From a virus (Duplodnaviria > Caudoviricetes): a DNA stretch of 64,000 bases. The stretch is taken from positions 320,001 through 384,000 of the IMG/VR virus record IMGVR_UViG_3300014205_000170; one strand, given 5' to 3'. The notes beneath the pieces were generated by a model. That model made no database searches and was not told where the DNA came from. It was given only the letters and a program-made list of their open reading frames with translations. This document shows positions 19,467-26,810 of the stretch, piece by piece. Within the stretch, counting starts at the first letter, position 1; every line of letters begins with the position of its first letter. The translations under genes and the position numbers were made by a program.

Positions 19467-20495
19467 ATGGGTAGTTGGTCAGTCAATTGTGGTATAAGTA
19501 ATATTGCAATAACATCAGGAAATAAATGTGTATTGTTACCTTTAAAAGAAAATAAAGGTGATGAGTCAAAAAAATGGCAAGCAGCCACATTACCAATTTT
19601 TGGTCAATATAATGACTATGGAGGGATTGATGCAATTGAGATTGATGATAATACAAAATTAATTGCAGAGCACTTCGGTGTTAGTATAGAAGAGTTTGCA
19701 ACATTCCTGGTAGACGGTAAATTTACTTATAATAGAGATGAAGCGCAAGAAGTTGCTGCAAAGATTAAAAATCTAGATGAATGTAAAAAATGGAGATTCA
19801 TGTGGATTGATAGACAAGTTTATGATTTTATGATTATAAACTATAGTAAACACAATAAAGGTTATTTAGATTATGGTACACCAGAAATGTTGAAACTCTT
19901 AGGGTTTAAATTAATTGCAGAATCAGATGATTTTAAAAATTATGACCCAAAAAGATTTAATCAACTATGGAAAAAAGGTAATGTTGAAATGTTTAGTGAT
20001 AGCACAACTTTATTATCAAAGAACGGTAAATTTGTTTATCATTATGGAAAAGGAGATGAGTCGAGTATTGAAACGTATTTTGAAGTTCCAAAAGAGCTAG
20101 AATATCTTAAAAACAAAACGAAAAATGAAACATGGAGACTTTTAAGTACTAAAGATGCAAAGGCAATGCTTAGTCCTATTCTAGGAAGTAGATATGATTT
20201 TAATGGGTTATCTGAAATGGTAGAAGAGATAAGACTTAAAAATATAATTGCACCTACTATTTTATATAAAAAATATTATGCAAATCTAGAAATGTTTGGA
20301 GATAAAATTGTTCATCTTATAAACATGATACATAATTTATATCCAATGTCCGGACAATTTGTTCCACATGTATTATATTTAACTCCACAATGTGGTGAAT
20401 ATAAAAAACATCAATCAATACTGGAAAAGTTTGCAGAAATCAACAAAACCTACATTGAACCAGATGATGACACAGATGATTATGATATAGAGTAG
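19467..20495 (+). CDS. Hypothetical protein
   Basis: 342-aa ORF beginning MGSWSVNCGISNIAI, with LPIFGQYNDYG. Confidence 0.7.
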   Translation: MGSWSVNCGISNIAITSGNKCVLLPLKENKGDESKKWQAATLPIFGQYNDYGGIDAIEIDDNTKLIAEHFGVSIEEFATFLVDGKFTYNRDEAQEVAAKIKNLDECKKWRFMWIDRQVYDFMIINYSKHNKGYLDYGTPEMLKLLGFKLIAESDDFKNYDPKRFNQLWKKGNVEMFSDSTTLLSKNGKFVYHYGKGDESSIETYFEVPKELEYLKNKTKNETWRLLSTKDAKAMLSPILGSRYDFNGLSEMVEEIRLKNIIAPTILYKKYYANLEMFGDKIVHLINMIHNLYPMSGQFVPHVLYLTPQCGEYKKHQSILEKFAEINKTYIEPDDDTDDYDIE

Positions 20496-20549
20496 CAATA
20501 GCCAGTACTTTAAGAGTTACAAAAAGCCAGATATGTGTTGATAATTTTT

Positions 20550-20580
20550 TTTGTTACTTCGAAAAAAAATATTATATTTG
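20550..20580 (+). promoter_or_regulatory. Bacteroidota sigma-A promoter
   Basis: TTTG-N19-TATATTTG. Confidence 0.65.
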
Positions 20581-20608
20581 AAAACTTAAAATCACAAAAA
20601 CCATAAAA

Positions 20609-20911
20609 ATGAAAGCAAAAAAAACAAACAATCGCAAGCAGATTAGAAAATCTGTTTCAAAAACAACAAAAAGGAACACGACCAACACTGACAAAACAGT
20701 ACAAAGTGTTGAAAATGGAATTAAAATTGTACAGTATGCAATCAGAAAGAAAACATCTCTTTCAAAAGCATCAGATGATAATGGTCGCGGAAGAAATTAC
20801 GTGTCTGATATCAAAGCTCGTATCGAAAATAACTATAAAAATCGCAGCATCAATCGCGAACTTTATACTACTTTCAAAACCACTTTGAAAAATTACGAAA
20901 GTCAACGATAA
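20609..20911 (+). CDS. Small basic putative nucleic-acid-binding protein
   Basis: Lys/Arg-rich 100 aa with its own promoter and terminator. Confidence 0.6.
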   Translation: MKAKKTNNRKQIRKSVSKTTKRNTTNTDKTVQSVENGIKIVQYAIRKKTSLSKASDDNGRGRNYVSDIKARIENNYKNRSINRELYTTFKTTLKNYESQR

Positions 20912-20933
20912 TATTTCAAAAACAACGACAGAG

Positions 20934-20964
20934 AAAGGGAATAAATTTATTTATTCCCTTTTTT
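20934..20964 (+). terminator. Intrinsic terminator
   Basis: AAAGGGAATAA/TTATTCCCTTT stem followed by T-run. Confidence 0.75.
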
Positions 20965-20969
20965 ATTAA

Positions 20970-21248
20970 ATGAAAACATTCATTATAAAATATAAATGTC
21001 AATTTTGTTCTCGGTTAAACTTTGAAAAACCGATGCCTCATAAATGTGTTGGTGGTTATCGAAGAAGAAAACTCATTTGGCACCAATATTTAGTACCTAA
21101 CCAAATTGTTCTGGTTGAAAAATTTTTCCCCGATAATCCAAGAAAAAACGATTATTATTTCATTTTAAAAAACACATTACCATTTTTTTCTTTAAATTCG
21201 TATCTAATAAAACGAAAAGGAGAAAAAAATAATGAAGAAACTATTTAA
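20970..21248 (+). CDS. Hypothetical protein (CxxC...HxC)
   Basis: 92-aa ORF. Confidence 0.4.
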   Translation: MKTFIIKYKCQFCSRLNFEKPMPHKCVGGYRRRKLIWHQYLVPNQIVLVEKFFPDNPRKNDYYFILKNTLPFFSLNSYLIKRKGEKNNEETI

Positions 21249-22056
21249 AAATGACTGGGTTTCATTTTACATTGGTATTGACAGAAGTAGGTTTACTTTA
21301 AGTCCAGCTTCTTATTTTGATGAAAGATTCTACATCATTTTAACCCCAACTCTATTAATTCCTATTATAGGTGTGTTTTTTACCGGTTTAAGCTTCTGGT
21401 CTCTTGTATGGTTATTATTCATTCCATATGGTTATGGATGTCTATATATTCATCTTCCTATATATTCAGGTCTTGACGAATGTGACCCTCCGGAATATGG
21501 TTTTTATTTTTTTGGAGAAAATCTTTTAAGAATAAATTCATTTGTTGTTTGTAGGGGGAAAACTAGTAATAAATACTTTAACATGCCATGGTATTGGGTT
21601 TGGGAACGAACTAGTAAATTAAAAAAAGATGGTACTTGGCAACATGATTTGAGAAAAAAGAAATTTGATTTTTATACTAAAGAATGGGAAAACGAAGTTT
21701 GGAAAGAAGAATATCCGTTTACTTATATTTTAAAGAATGGTAATATACAACAAAGACTAGCGATAATTACTGTGCATGAAATGGAATGGCGTTGGAAAGC
21801 TTTAAAAATTTTACCATTTCCACGGATGATTCGTAAAAGTATCGATATTCAATTTGAATATGGGGGTCCAATTGAAAGAGAAATATTTTTTGAAAAACAA
21901 GGAAATAAATCCAAGTATTTAGAAAAATACACCGGAGAAGTTGGTGAAAGAACTGGAGGTTGGAAAGGCGGAACCACTGGGTGTAGTTACAGTATGCGAC
22001 AAAATGAAACTCCTCTTGAAACTTTAAGAAGAATGGAAAAAGAAAGAAAATTTTAG
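21232..22056 (+). CDS. Hypothetical protein with hydrophobic segment
   Basis: 274 aa; EVGERTGGWKGGTTGC C-terminal motif. Confidence 0.7.
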   Translation: MKKLFKNDWVSFYIGIDRSRFTLSPASYFDERFYIILTPTLLIPIIGVFFTGLSFWSLVWLLFIPYGYGCLYIHLPIYSGLDECDPPEYGFYFFGENLLRINSFVVCRGKTSNKYFNMPWYWVWERTSKLKKDGTWQHDLRKKKFDFYTKEWENEVWKEEYPFTYILKNGNIQQRLAIITVHEMEWRWKALKILPFPRMIRKSIDIQFEYGGPIEREIFFEKQGNKSKYLEKYTGEVGERTGGWKGGTTGCSYSMRQNETPLETLRRMEKERKF

Positions 22057-22128
22057 TAAAAGCTTTAAATTTTAAAACTTTTTCTTAACTTTAACGTATA
22101 ATAAGAAAAATAGACTACTTATAATTAT

Positions 22129-22215
22129 ATGATTACTAAAAATACATATCACTATTTGACACTTAATGTGGTCGTGGCGCACTTTTTACAAGTCGTCCAG
22201 CCGGACTATATTTAA
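22129..22215 (+). CDS. Val-rich attenuator leader peptide MITKNTYHYLTLNVVVAHFLQVVQPDYI
   Basis: 28 codons with GTG GTC GTG and GTC GTC; directly upstream of terminator and ValRS. Confidence 0.8.
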   Translation: MITKNTYHYLTLNVVVAHFLQVVQPDYI

Positions 22216-22269
22216 ACTTTAGTGTATTATAATACATTCAGACTCCGGCTAAACAAGTCGGAGTTTTTT
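22199..22269 (+). promoter_or_regulatory. Attenuator (antiterminator/terminator) of valS
   Basis: Terminator GACTCCGGCT(22241-50)/AGTCGGAGTT(22256-65) plus T-run; AGCCGGA(22199-205) pairs perfectly with TCCGGCT(22244-50). Confidence 0.8.
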
Positions 22270-22289
22270 ATTTTTAAAAAATTAATTTT

Positions 22290-23642
22290 ATGAAAACAGA
22301 TAATAAATACAAAATAGATATGCCACCACCAACGATAAGTGGTAAATTACATATGGGTCACGCTTTTTCTTATACACAAATGGATTTTATAGCGCGATAT
22401 CAACGAATGAAAAATAAAGAGTTGATTTACCCATTTGGTTATGATAACAATGGAATACCAACAGAAAAGTTTGCTTACAAAAAAAGAATAACAGATACAC
22501 AAAAGATAATCGAACTTTCAAATGAAACTTCTAAAATGTATATGGAATTTTTCAATAATATAAATATGGGGTTTTCTAATCATAGTTATAACACATTTGA
22601 TAAGCTTTCCACTGAAATTGCCTTACTGTCTTTTTATGACCTCAAAGAGAAAGGGTTGCTTTATAAAGGAAAAGAAAATTATTCTTTTTGTACTTCTTGT
22701 AATAAATCGATTCCTAATTCTGAAATTGAAAATAATAAACACATTAGAGATAATGGTGATATTATTGAAAAAGAAGGGGAAGGTTATTTTATTAAAACCA
22801 AAGACTTTAAACAAGAACTTATAGAACAAATTGAAAAAATAGAATGGAAACCTGAAAAATTCAAGAATAGAATTTTAAGTTGGATTAATGATATGGATAG
22901 AGATTGGTCAATTGCTAGACGCAGAGATTATGGAATTTCAATTCCAGGAGAATCTGAACTAAAGTTTGATACATGGTTTACCTCTTCTTTAACTCCTCAA
23001 ATAGCATGGGCATCTCATACCGGTATTGCTTCTTTAGAATGTCCTATTTTTGATTTAAGATTTCAAGCACATGATATTATTAGTACTTGGGCGCTATATA
23101 CCATCATTAAATCTTATCACCACAATAAACAAATACCATGGAAACAGATTATTATCACTGGACATGCGCTTGATAAAAATGGTGATAAACTTGCAAAGAG
23201 TAAAGGAAATTGTACCACCACTGATTATTACATAAAAGAATTTGGTGGAGAAGGAATAAGATATTGGGCAGCTCAAACTCAAATTGGAACCGATACATTA
23301 TTAGATGATGAAACAATGAAAAATTGTAAAAAGCTTATGATTAAACTTAAAAATGCATATAAATTCATAGAGTTTCAAAAATCCAAAGAATGGCTTGGTT
23401 TCAATAAAGAGAAAGAAATTGAGTGGGGAACAATTAAAATAAAAATAGAAGAATATTTTGAACAAGGAGATTGGGCAAAAGCATTTGAAGAATTGTTTAA
23501 TTTCTTCTGGAAAAGATTTTGCGATATTTTTATTGAAGATTCAAAAAAAGAGAGTTGTTCACAAAGCTTAGAGCTAATTTTAAATGAAATGATGATTTAT
23601 TGGCAAATTTTCTTCCCAAAAATTCAAGAAAACATAAAATAA
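22290..23642 (+). CDS. valS: Compact valyl-tRNA synthetase lacking the CP1 editing domain and C-terminal coiled coil
   Basis: DMPPPTISGKLHMGH (HIGH), DWSIARRR.YG, FDTWFTSS, QAHDII..W, KLAKSKGN (KMSKS); Val leader upstream; only 450 aa. Confidence 0.8.
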   Translation: MKTDNKYKIDMPPPTISGKLHMGHAFSYTQMDFIARYQRMKNKELIYPFGYDNNGIPTEKFAYKKRITDTQKIIELSNETSKMYMEFFNNINMGFSNHSYNTFDKLSTEIALLSFYDLKEKGLLYKGKENYSFCTSCNKSIPNSEIENNKHIRDNGDIIEKEGEGYFIKTKDFKQELIEQIEKIEWKPEKFKNRILSWINDMDRDWSIARRRDYGISIPGESELKFDTWFTSSLTPQIAWASHTGIASLECPIFDLRFQAHDIISTWALYTIIKSYHHNKQIPWKQIIITGHALDKNGDKLAKSKGNCTTTDYYIKEFGGEGIRYWAAQTQIGTDTLLDDETMKNCKKLMIKLKNAYKFIEFQKSKEWLGFNKEKEIEWGTIKIKIEEYFEQGDWAKAFEELFNFFWKRFCDIFIEDSKKESCSQSLELILNEMMIYWQIFFPKIQENIK

Positions 23643-23697
23643 AACTGAAATTATTCTATTGATTTATAGAGAATTAAGAAAAAAAACATAAAAAAAC

Positions 23698-23757
23698 TTT
23701 GTTTTATTGAAACTTTACCTTAAATTTGACGTTAGAATATAAAATTGTACTATTTAT
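23698..23757 (+). promoter_or_regulatory. Stacked putative promoters of the tRNA-array leader
   Basis: TTTG(23698)-N19-TAAATTTG(23721); GAAAC(23709)-N16-CGTT(23730); CTATTTAT(23750). Confidence 0.55.
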
Positions 23758-23826
23758 TATAAGTTGAACCCCATATAAATGGGAGATACAGTGCGGGGTC
23801 TCTCACAGCTTATTTAGAATTAGAAA

Positions 23827-23928
23827 ATGAAAAATGTAAATACATACACGGTTAATACACTAAGACAATTAGTGTTAGAACAACTTATAGAAAGTTGTCC
23901 AGCTGGGATATGTTCGTTTACAAGTTAA
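23827..23928 (+). CDS. Mixed-codon attenuator leader peptide MKNVNTYTVNTLRQLVLEQLIESCPAGICSFTS
   Basis: 33 codons; ACG, CTA, AGA, TTA, GAA, CTT and ATA match downstream tRNA anticodons. Confidence 0.7.
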   Translation: MKNVNTYTVNTLRQLVLEQLIESCPAGICSFTS

Positions 23929-23984
23929 TTATATATAACTAAACGTTCTTCAAGAACCCCGGCTTTAAAAGGTCGGGGTTTTTT
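23901..23984 (+). promoter_or_regulatory. Attenuator of the 11-tRNA array
   Basis: Terminator AACCCCGGCT(23955-64)/GGTCGGGGTT(23971-80) plus T-run; AGCTGGG(23901-07) pairs with CCCGGCT(23958-64). Confidence 0.75.
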
Positions 23985-23998
23985 GTTTTATTGATATT

Positions 23999-24070
23999 GC
24001 CTTATTAGCTCAGTTGTAAGAGCGCTCGTTTCGTAAACGAGAGGTCATCAGGTCGAACTGATATGAGGCT
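23999..24070 (+). tRNA. tRNA-Thr(CGT), atypical T-loop
   Basis: Acceptor GCCTTAT/ATGAGGC; anticodon arm CTCGT-TTCGTAA-ACGAG; T-loop GTCGAA. Confidence 0.75.
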
Positions 24071-24081
24071 CAAAAAAATAT

Positions 24082-24168
24082 GCCTTCGTGGTGAAATTGG
24101 ACAGAGACACAAGGGTCTTAAAAACCCTCGGATTTAATTCCATGCGGATTCGAGTTCCGCCGAAGGTA
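24082..24168 (+). tRNA. tRNA-Leu(TAA)
   Basis: AGGGT-CTTAAAA-ACCCT; long variable arm. Confidence 0.9.
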
Positions 24169-24181
24169 CAAAAAAAGAGAA

Positions 24182-24349
24182 ATGGGAAAAGTAGAAAAGA
24201 AAAAATTAAGATTACAAGAAAGGATTCAAACTTTAGAAAATGAATTAAGAACTTCTTTGACAAAAAAAACATCTGATGTAAAAGAAATCAATGTTGCTGT
24301 TCATCAAAGAAAAATTTATGATTTAAAATTAGAATTACAAAAAATGTAA
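24182..24349 (+). CDS. Small coiled-coil hypothetical protein (55 aa; not in ORF track)
   Basis: MGKVEKKKLRLQERIQTLENELRTSL...QKM fills the gap between tRNAs. Confidence 0.55.
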   Translation: MGKVEKKKLRLQERIQTLENELRTSLTKKTSDVKEINVAVHQRKIYDLKLELQKM

Positions 24350-24355
24350 CAACAC

Positions 24356-24429
24356 GCCTTCGTAGCACAACGGATTAGTGTCTCTGTTTTCTAAACAGGT
24401 GGGTGGAGGTTCGAATCCTCTCGAAGGTA
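24356..24429 (+). tRNA. tRNA-Arg(TCT)
   Basis: TCTGT-TTTCTAA-ACAGG; GGTTCGAATCC T-arm. Confidence 0.85.
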
Positions 24430-24449
24430 CAAATGGTTCTTTGACATAT

Positions 24450-24534
24450 GCCAGAATGGTGAAATCGTGTAGACACACCATCCTCAAAAGATGGCGCTAT
24501 AAAAAGCGTGAGAGTTCGAATCTCTCTTCTGGTA
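24450..24534 (+). tRNA. tRNA-Leu(CAA)
   Basis: CCATC-CTCAAAA-GATGG; long variable arm. Confidence 0.9.
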
Positions 24535-24539
24535 CAATA

Positions 24540-24614
24540 GCTCCCTTAGCTCAGCTGGTTAGCAGCATCAGACTCATAATCTGAGGGTCGTTGGTTCGAG
24601 CCCAACAGGGAGCA
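24540..24614 (+). tRNA. tRNA-Ile2/Met(CAT)
   Basis: TCAGA-CTCATAA-TCTGA; paired G1-C72, so not an initiator; Ile2 versus Met unresolved. Confidence 0.85.
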
Positions 24615-24619
24615 CAAAT

Positions 24620-24704
24620 GTTACGGTATGCAAACTGGCTGAAGCACCTAGATTTTCAATCTAGTTTCGAAAGAAAATTGCAGGTTCGAACCCCGTCCGT
24701 AATA
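24620..24704 (+). tRNA. tRNA with Glu(TTC) anticodon and long variable arm
   Basis: CTAGA-TTTTCAA-TCTAG; 15-nt variable region with TTTC-GAAA-GAAA hairpin. Confidence 0.75.
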
Positions 24705-24709
24705 CAAAT

Positions 24710-24784
24710 GGCCACATAGCTCAATCGCGTTGGAGCAGGATGCTTATATCATCAAGGTTGGGAGTTCAAATCTCTCTGTGGCTA
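24710..24784 (+). tRNA. tRNA-Ile(TAT)
   Basis: GATG-CTTATAT-CATC; acceptor GGCCACA/TGTGGCT. Confidence 0.85.
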
Positions 24785-24797
24785 CAAAAAAATAAAT

Positions 24798-24879
24798 GCT
24801 CCGTTGGCGGAATGCAGACGCACTTGGCTTAGGACCAAGCTCTCGAAAGGGAATGAAGATTCGAATTCTTCACGGAGTA
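24798..24879 (+). tRNA. tRNA-Leu(TAG)
   Basis: CTTGG-CTTAGGA-CCAAG; long variable arm. Confidence 0.85.
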
Positions 24880-24959
24880 CAAAATTGTTCTTTGAATATT
24901 TGAAATACATGTTATTTTAGAAATATAGTGTGTATAACATTTTTTGTCTATTTATAATC

Positions 24960-25421
24960 ATGAGAAATGATATAATAAAACAAAAAAAAATAATTTTGAA
25001 ATTAATAAATGAAAATAGACCAAAATCATTTATTTGTAAGTTTTTAGATTGTAGACCTCTTACGTTAGATAATTATTTAAAAAAGTGGAACATAAATTAT
25101 GTTGGGAATAAAGGAGGAAAGGGATATAAAATTTCACCGATAAAAAAAACAGCTATTCAATATATGAATAGCACTGGACATATAAGTTCTTATAAATTAG
25201 GGAAAAAACTTATAGAAGATGGATTAAAAGAAAAAAAATGCGAATGTTGTAATTTAACAAAATGGATAAATAAAGACATACCTTTAGAATTACATCACAA
25301 AGATGGAAATAGGTTTAATAATGAATTACAAAATTTACAATTATTATGTCCTAATTGTCATGCTTTAACTGAAAATTATGGTAGCAAAAATAAAAAAAAT
25401 AAAAATGGCCCATTCGTCTAG
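24960..25421 (+). CDS. HNH endonuclease
   Basis: CECC...LELHHKDGNRFNN.LQNLQLLCPNCH; ATG 24960 preferred over GTG 24930. Confidence 0.85.
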   Translation: MRNDIIKQKKIILKLINENRPKSFICKFLDCRPLTLDNYLKKWNINYVGNKGGKGYKISPIKKTAIQYMNSTGHISSYKLGKKLIEDGLKEKKCECCNLTKWINKDIPLELHHKDGNRFNNELQNLQLLCPNCHALTENYGSKNKKNKNGPFV

Positions 25422-25479
25422 GGGTTTAGGACGCTGCCCTTTCACGGCAGAAACACGGATTCGAATTCCGTATGGGCTA
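25407..25479 (+). tRNA. tRNA-Glu(TTC)
   Basis: CTGCC-CTTTCAC-GGCAG. Confidence 0.9.
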
Positions 25480-25488
25480 CAATAAAAT

Positions 25489-25561
25489 GCTCTTATCGAC
25501 AAGTGGTTTAAGTCACCGCTTTCTCAAAGCGGAGTCACGGGTTCAAGTCCCGTTAAGAGTA
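25489..25561 (+). tRNA. tRNA-Glu(CTC)
   Basis: CCGCT-TTCTCAA-AGCGG. Confidence 0.9.
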
Positions 25562-25566
25562 CAAAT

Positions 25567-25645
25567 GCCGATGTGATGTAATGGTAGCCATACTGGTTTA
25601 AGAAGCCAGTGCGAAAGCGTTTCGGTTCGAGTCCGAACATCGGTA
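25567..25645 (+). tRNA. tRNA-Leu(AAG)
   Basis: CTGGT-TTAAGAA-GCCAG; variable arm GC-GAAA-GC. Confidence 0.85.
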
Positions 25646-25661
25646 CAAAAAAAGGAAAAAA

Positions 25662-25991
25662 ATGGAAACAACAGAAGTAAAAATTAATGCAATCGAAGTA
25701 AAAAAAGAACTGTATAAAAGTAAGGTAAATGCAAAATTAAGTCATTTTGACAAACCAAACTTGTATTACACAGTAGAATTGTCTACGGGAACATATCAGT
25801 TTCCTATTGCAACTACTGTAAAAAAAACATTAACTCTAATGGATGGAGATGAAGTTATTTCAATGTTTGACATTGATAAAGCTGCTCCGGACTTAGCAGG
25901 CGCTAACTTTGGTTTAGAGGTAAAAGCCTCTGATTTGAACCGTTGGATTGAGAGAGCAATAAAGAACGACGATTTTATAAAAATCAGTTAG
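25662..25991 (+). CDS. Hypothetical protein
   Basis: 109-aa ORF. Confidence 0.65.
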   Translation: METTEVKINAIEVKKELYKSKVNAKLSHFDKPNLYYTVELSTGTYQFPIATTVKKTLTLMDGDEVISMFDIDKAAPDLAGANFGLEVKASDLNRWIERAIKNDDFIKIS

Positions 25992-26028
25992 TAGATTTTT
26001 TTGTGTTTATATTTATATATAAACGCAA

Positions 26029-26442
26029 ATGAAAAAATTTCTGTTAATATTTTTTATAGTTTTAAGTTTAGCGTGCAAATCTCAAACTAAAAATTTGTGG
26101 CAAAAAATTCCAGATGACGCAAAACATGTTTATTCTGGTGTGATAATTACAATGGTAACTGGTGATTTAGTTTATAAATATTCAAAAGGAAGAACAGGAT
26201 TAGCGGTAGGAGTTGGTTTTTTATCAGGAGTAACCGCAGGAGTGGCAAAAGAATTGATATGGGACAAGTGGATGGGAAAAGGCGTTCCGAGTAAGTGGGA
26301 TGCATTTAGTACTGCGTGGGGAGCAGGAATAGGCACTATATCACTTAGGGTAATGATAGATGTTAGAGAACGAAAGCAGTATGATGAATACTCAATAGAA
26401 AAATTAGGTAAAAAGAAAAAAAGAAGACATAGAAATGGTTAA
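26029..26442 (+). CDS. YfiM-like putative lipoprotein/membrane protein
   Basis: Signal peptide with LAC; D..KH, G..KE..D and D....WG pattern. Confidence 0.55.
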   Translation: MKKFLLIFFIVLSLACKSQTKNLWQKIPDDAKHVYSGVIITMVTGDLVYKYSKGRTGLAVGVGFLSGVTAGVAKELIWDKWMGKGVPSKWDAFSTAWGAGIGTISLRVMIDVRERKQYDEYSIEKLGKKKKRRHRNG

Positions 26443-26515
26443 CATAACAATTAATATTCAACAACAACAGCAACAACAAACTCTAAATAAGGGTTCCGGA
26501 ATTGCTTTGTCTTGA
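26435..26515 (+). CDS. Gln7 attenuator leader peptide MVNITINIQQQQQQQTLNKGSGIALS
   Basis: CAA CAA CAA CAG CAA CAA CAA at 26459-26479; ATG overlaps the end of the upstream gene. Confidence 0.85.
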   Translation: MVNITINIQQQQQQQTLNKGSGIALS

Positions 26516-26571
26516 CGTTATTAATTTAACAAATTACAAAAAGCCTGGAACTTAAAGTTTCAGGCTTTTTT
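26492..26571 (+). promoter_or_regulatory. Attenuator of the tRNA-Gln/glnS operon
   Basis: Terminator AAGCCTGGAACT(26541-52)/AGTTTCAGGCTT(26556-67) plus T-run; GGTTCCGG(26492-99) pairs with CTGGAACT(26545-52). Confidence 0.8.
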
Positions 26572-26577
26572 ATTTAT

Positions 26578-26648
26578 TGTCCTATAGTGTAATGGCAGCA
26601 CAAGAGATTTTGACTCTCTTAGTCTAGGTTCGAGTCCTAGTGGGACAA
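26578..26648 (+). tRNA. tRNA-Gln(TTG) 1
   Basis: AGAGA-TTTTGAC-TCTCT; T1-A72. Confidence 0.9.
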
Positions 26649-26653
26649 CATAT

Positions 26654-26725
26654 TCCTCGTTGGTCTAATGGCAATGACGTTGGTTTTTGACACCAAAAGT
26701 GGTAGTTCGATTCTATCACGAGGAA
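26654..26725 (+). tRNA. tRNA-Gln(TTG) 2
   Basis: TTGGT-TTTTGAC-ACCAA. Confidence 0.9.
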
Positions 26726-26730
26726 CAAAT

Positions 26731-26803
26731 TGCTCCATAGTATAATGGCCTATTATCGCTGCCTTTGAAGCAGAAGACCTTGGTTCGATTCCAAGTGGAG
26801 CAT
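26731..26803 (+). tRNA. tRNA-Gln(TTG) 3
   Basis: CTGC-CTTTGAA-GCAG. Confidence 0.85.
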
Positions 26804-26810
26804 CTAAAAT

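Noticed and set aside
22100-22290. T-box riboswitch upstream of valS or glnS
   Set aside because: No T-box consensus (GGTGGNACCGCG) seen; leader-peptide attenuation explains the layout
24356-24429. Amber suppressor reading of TTTCTAA loops (also 34017-34088)
   Set aside because: Stem pairing centres the 7-nt loop on TCT (Arg); a CTA register breaks the stem
24048-24584. ORFs 24048-24272 (minus) and 24378-24584 (plus)
   Set aside because: They overlap well-formed tRNA genes
24620-24704. Selenocysteine or opal tRNA (TCA)
   Set aside because: The CTAGA/TCTAG stem fixes the anticodon as TTC, and the acceptor stem is 7 bp
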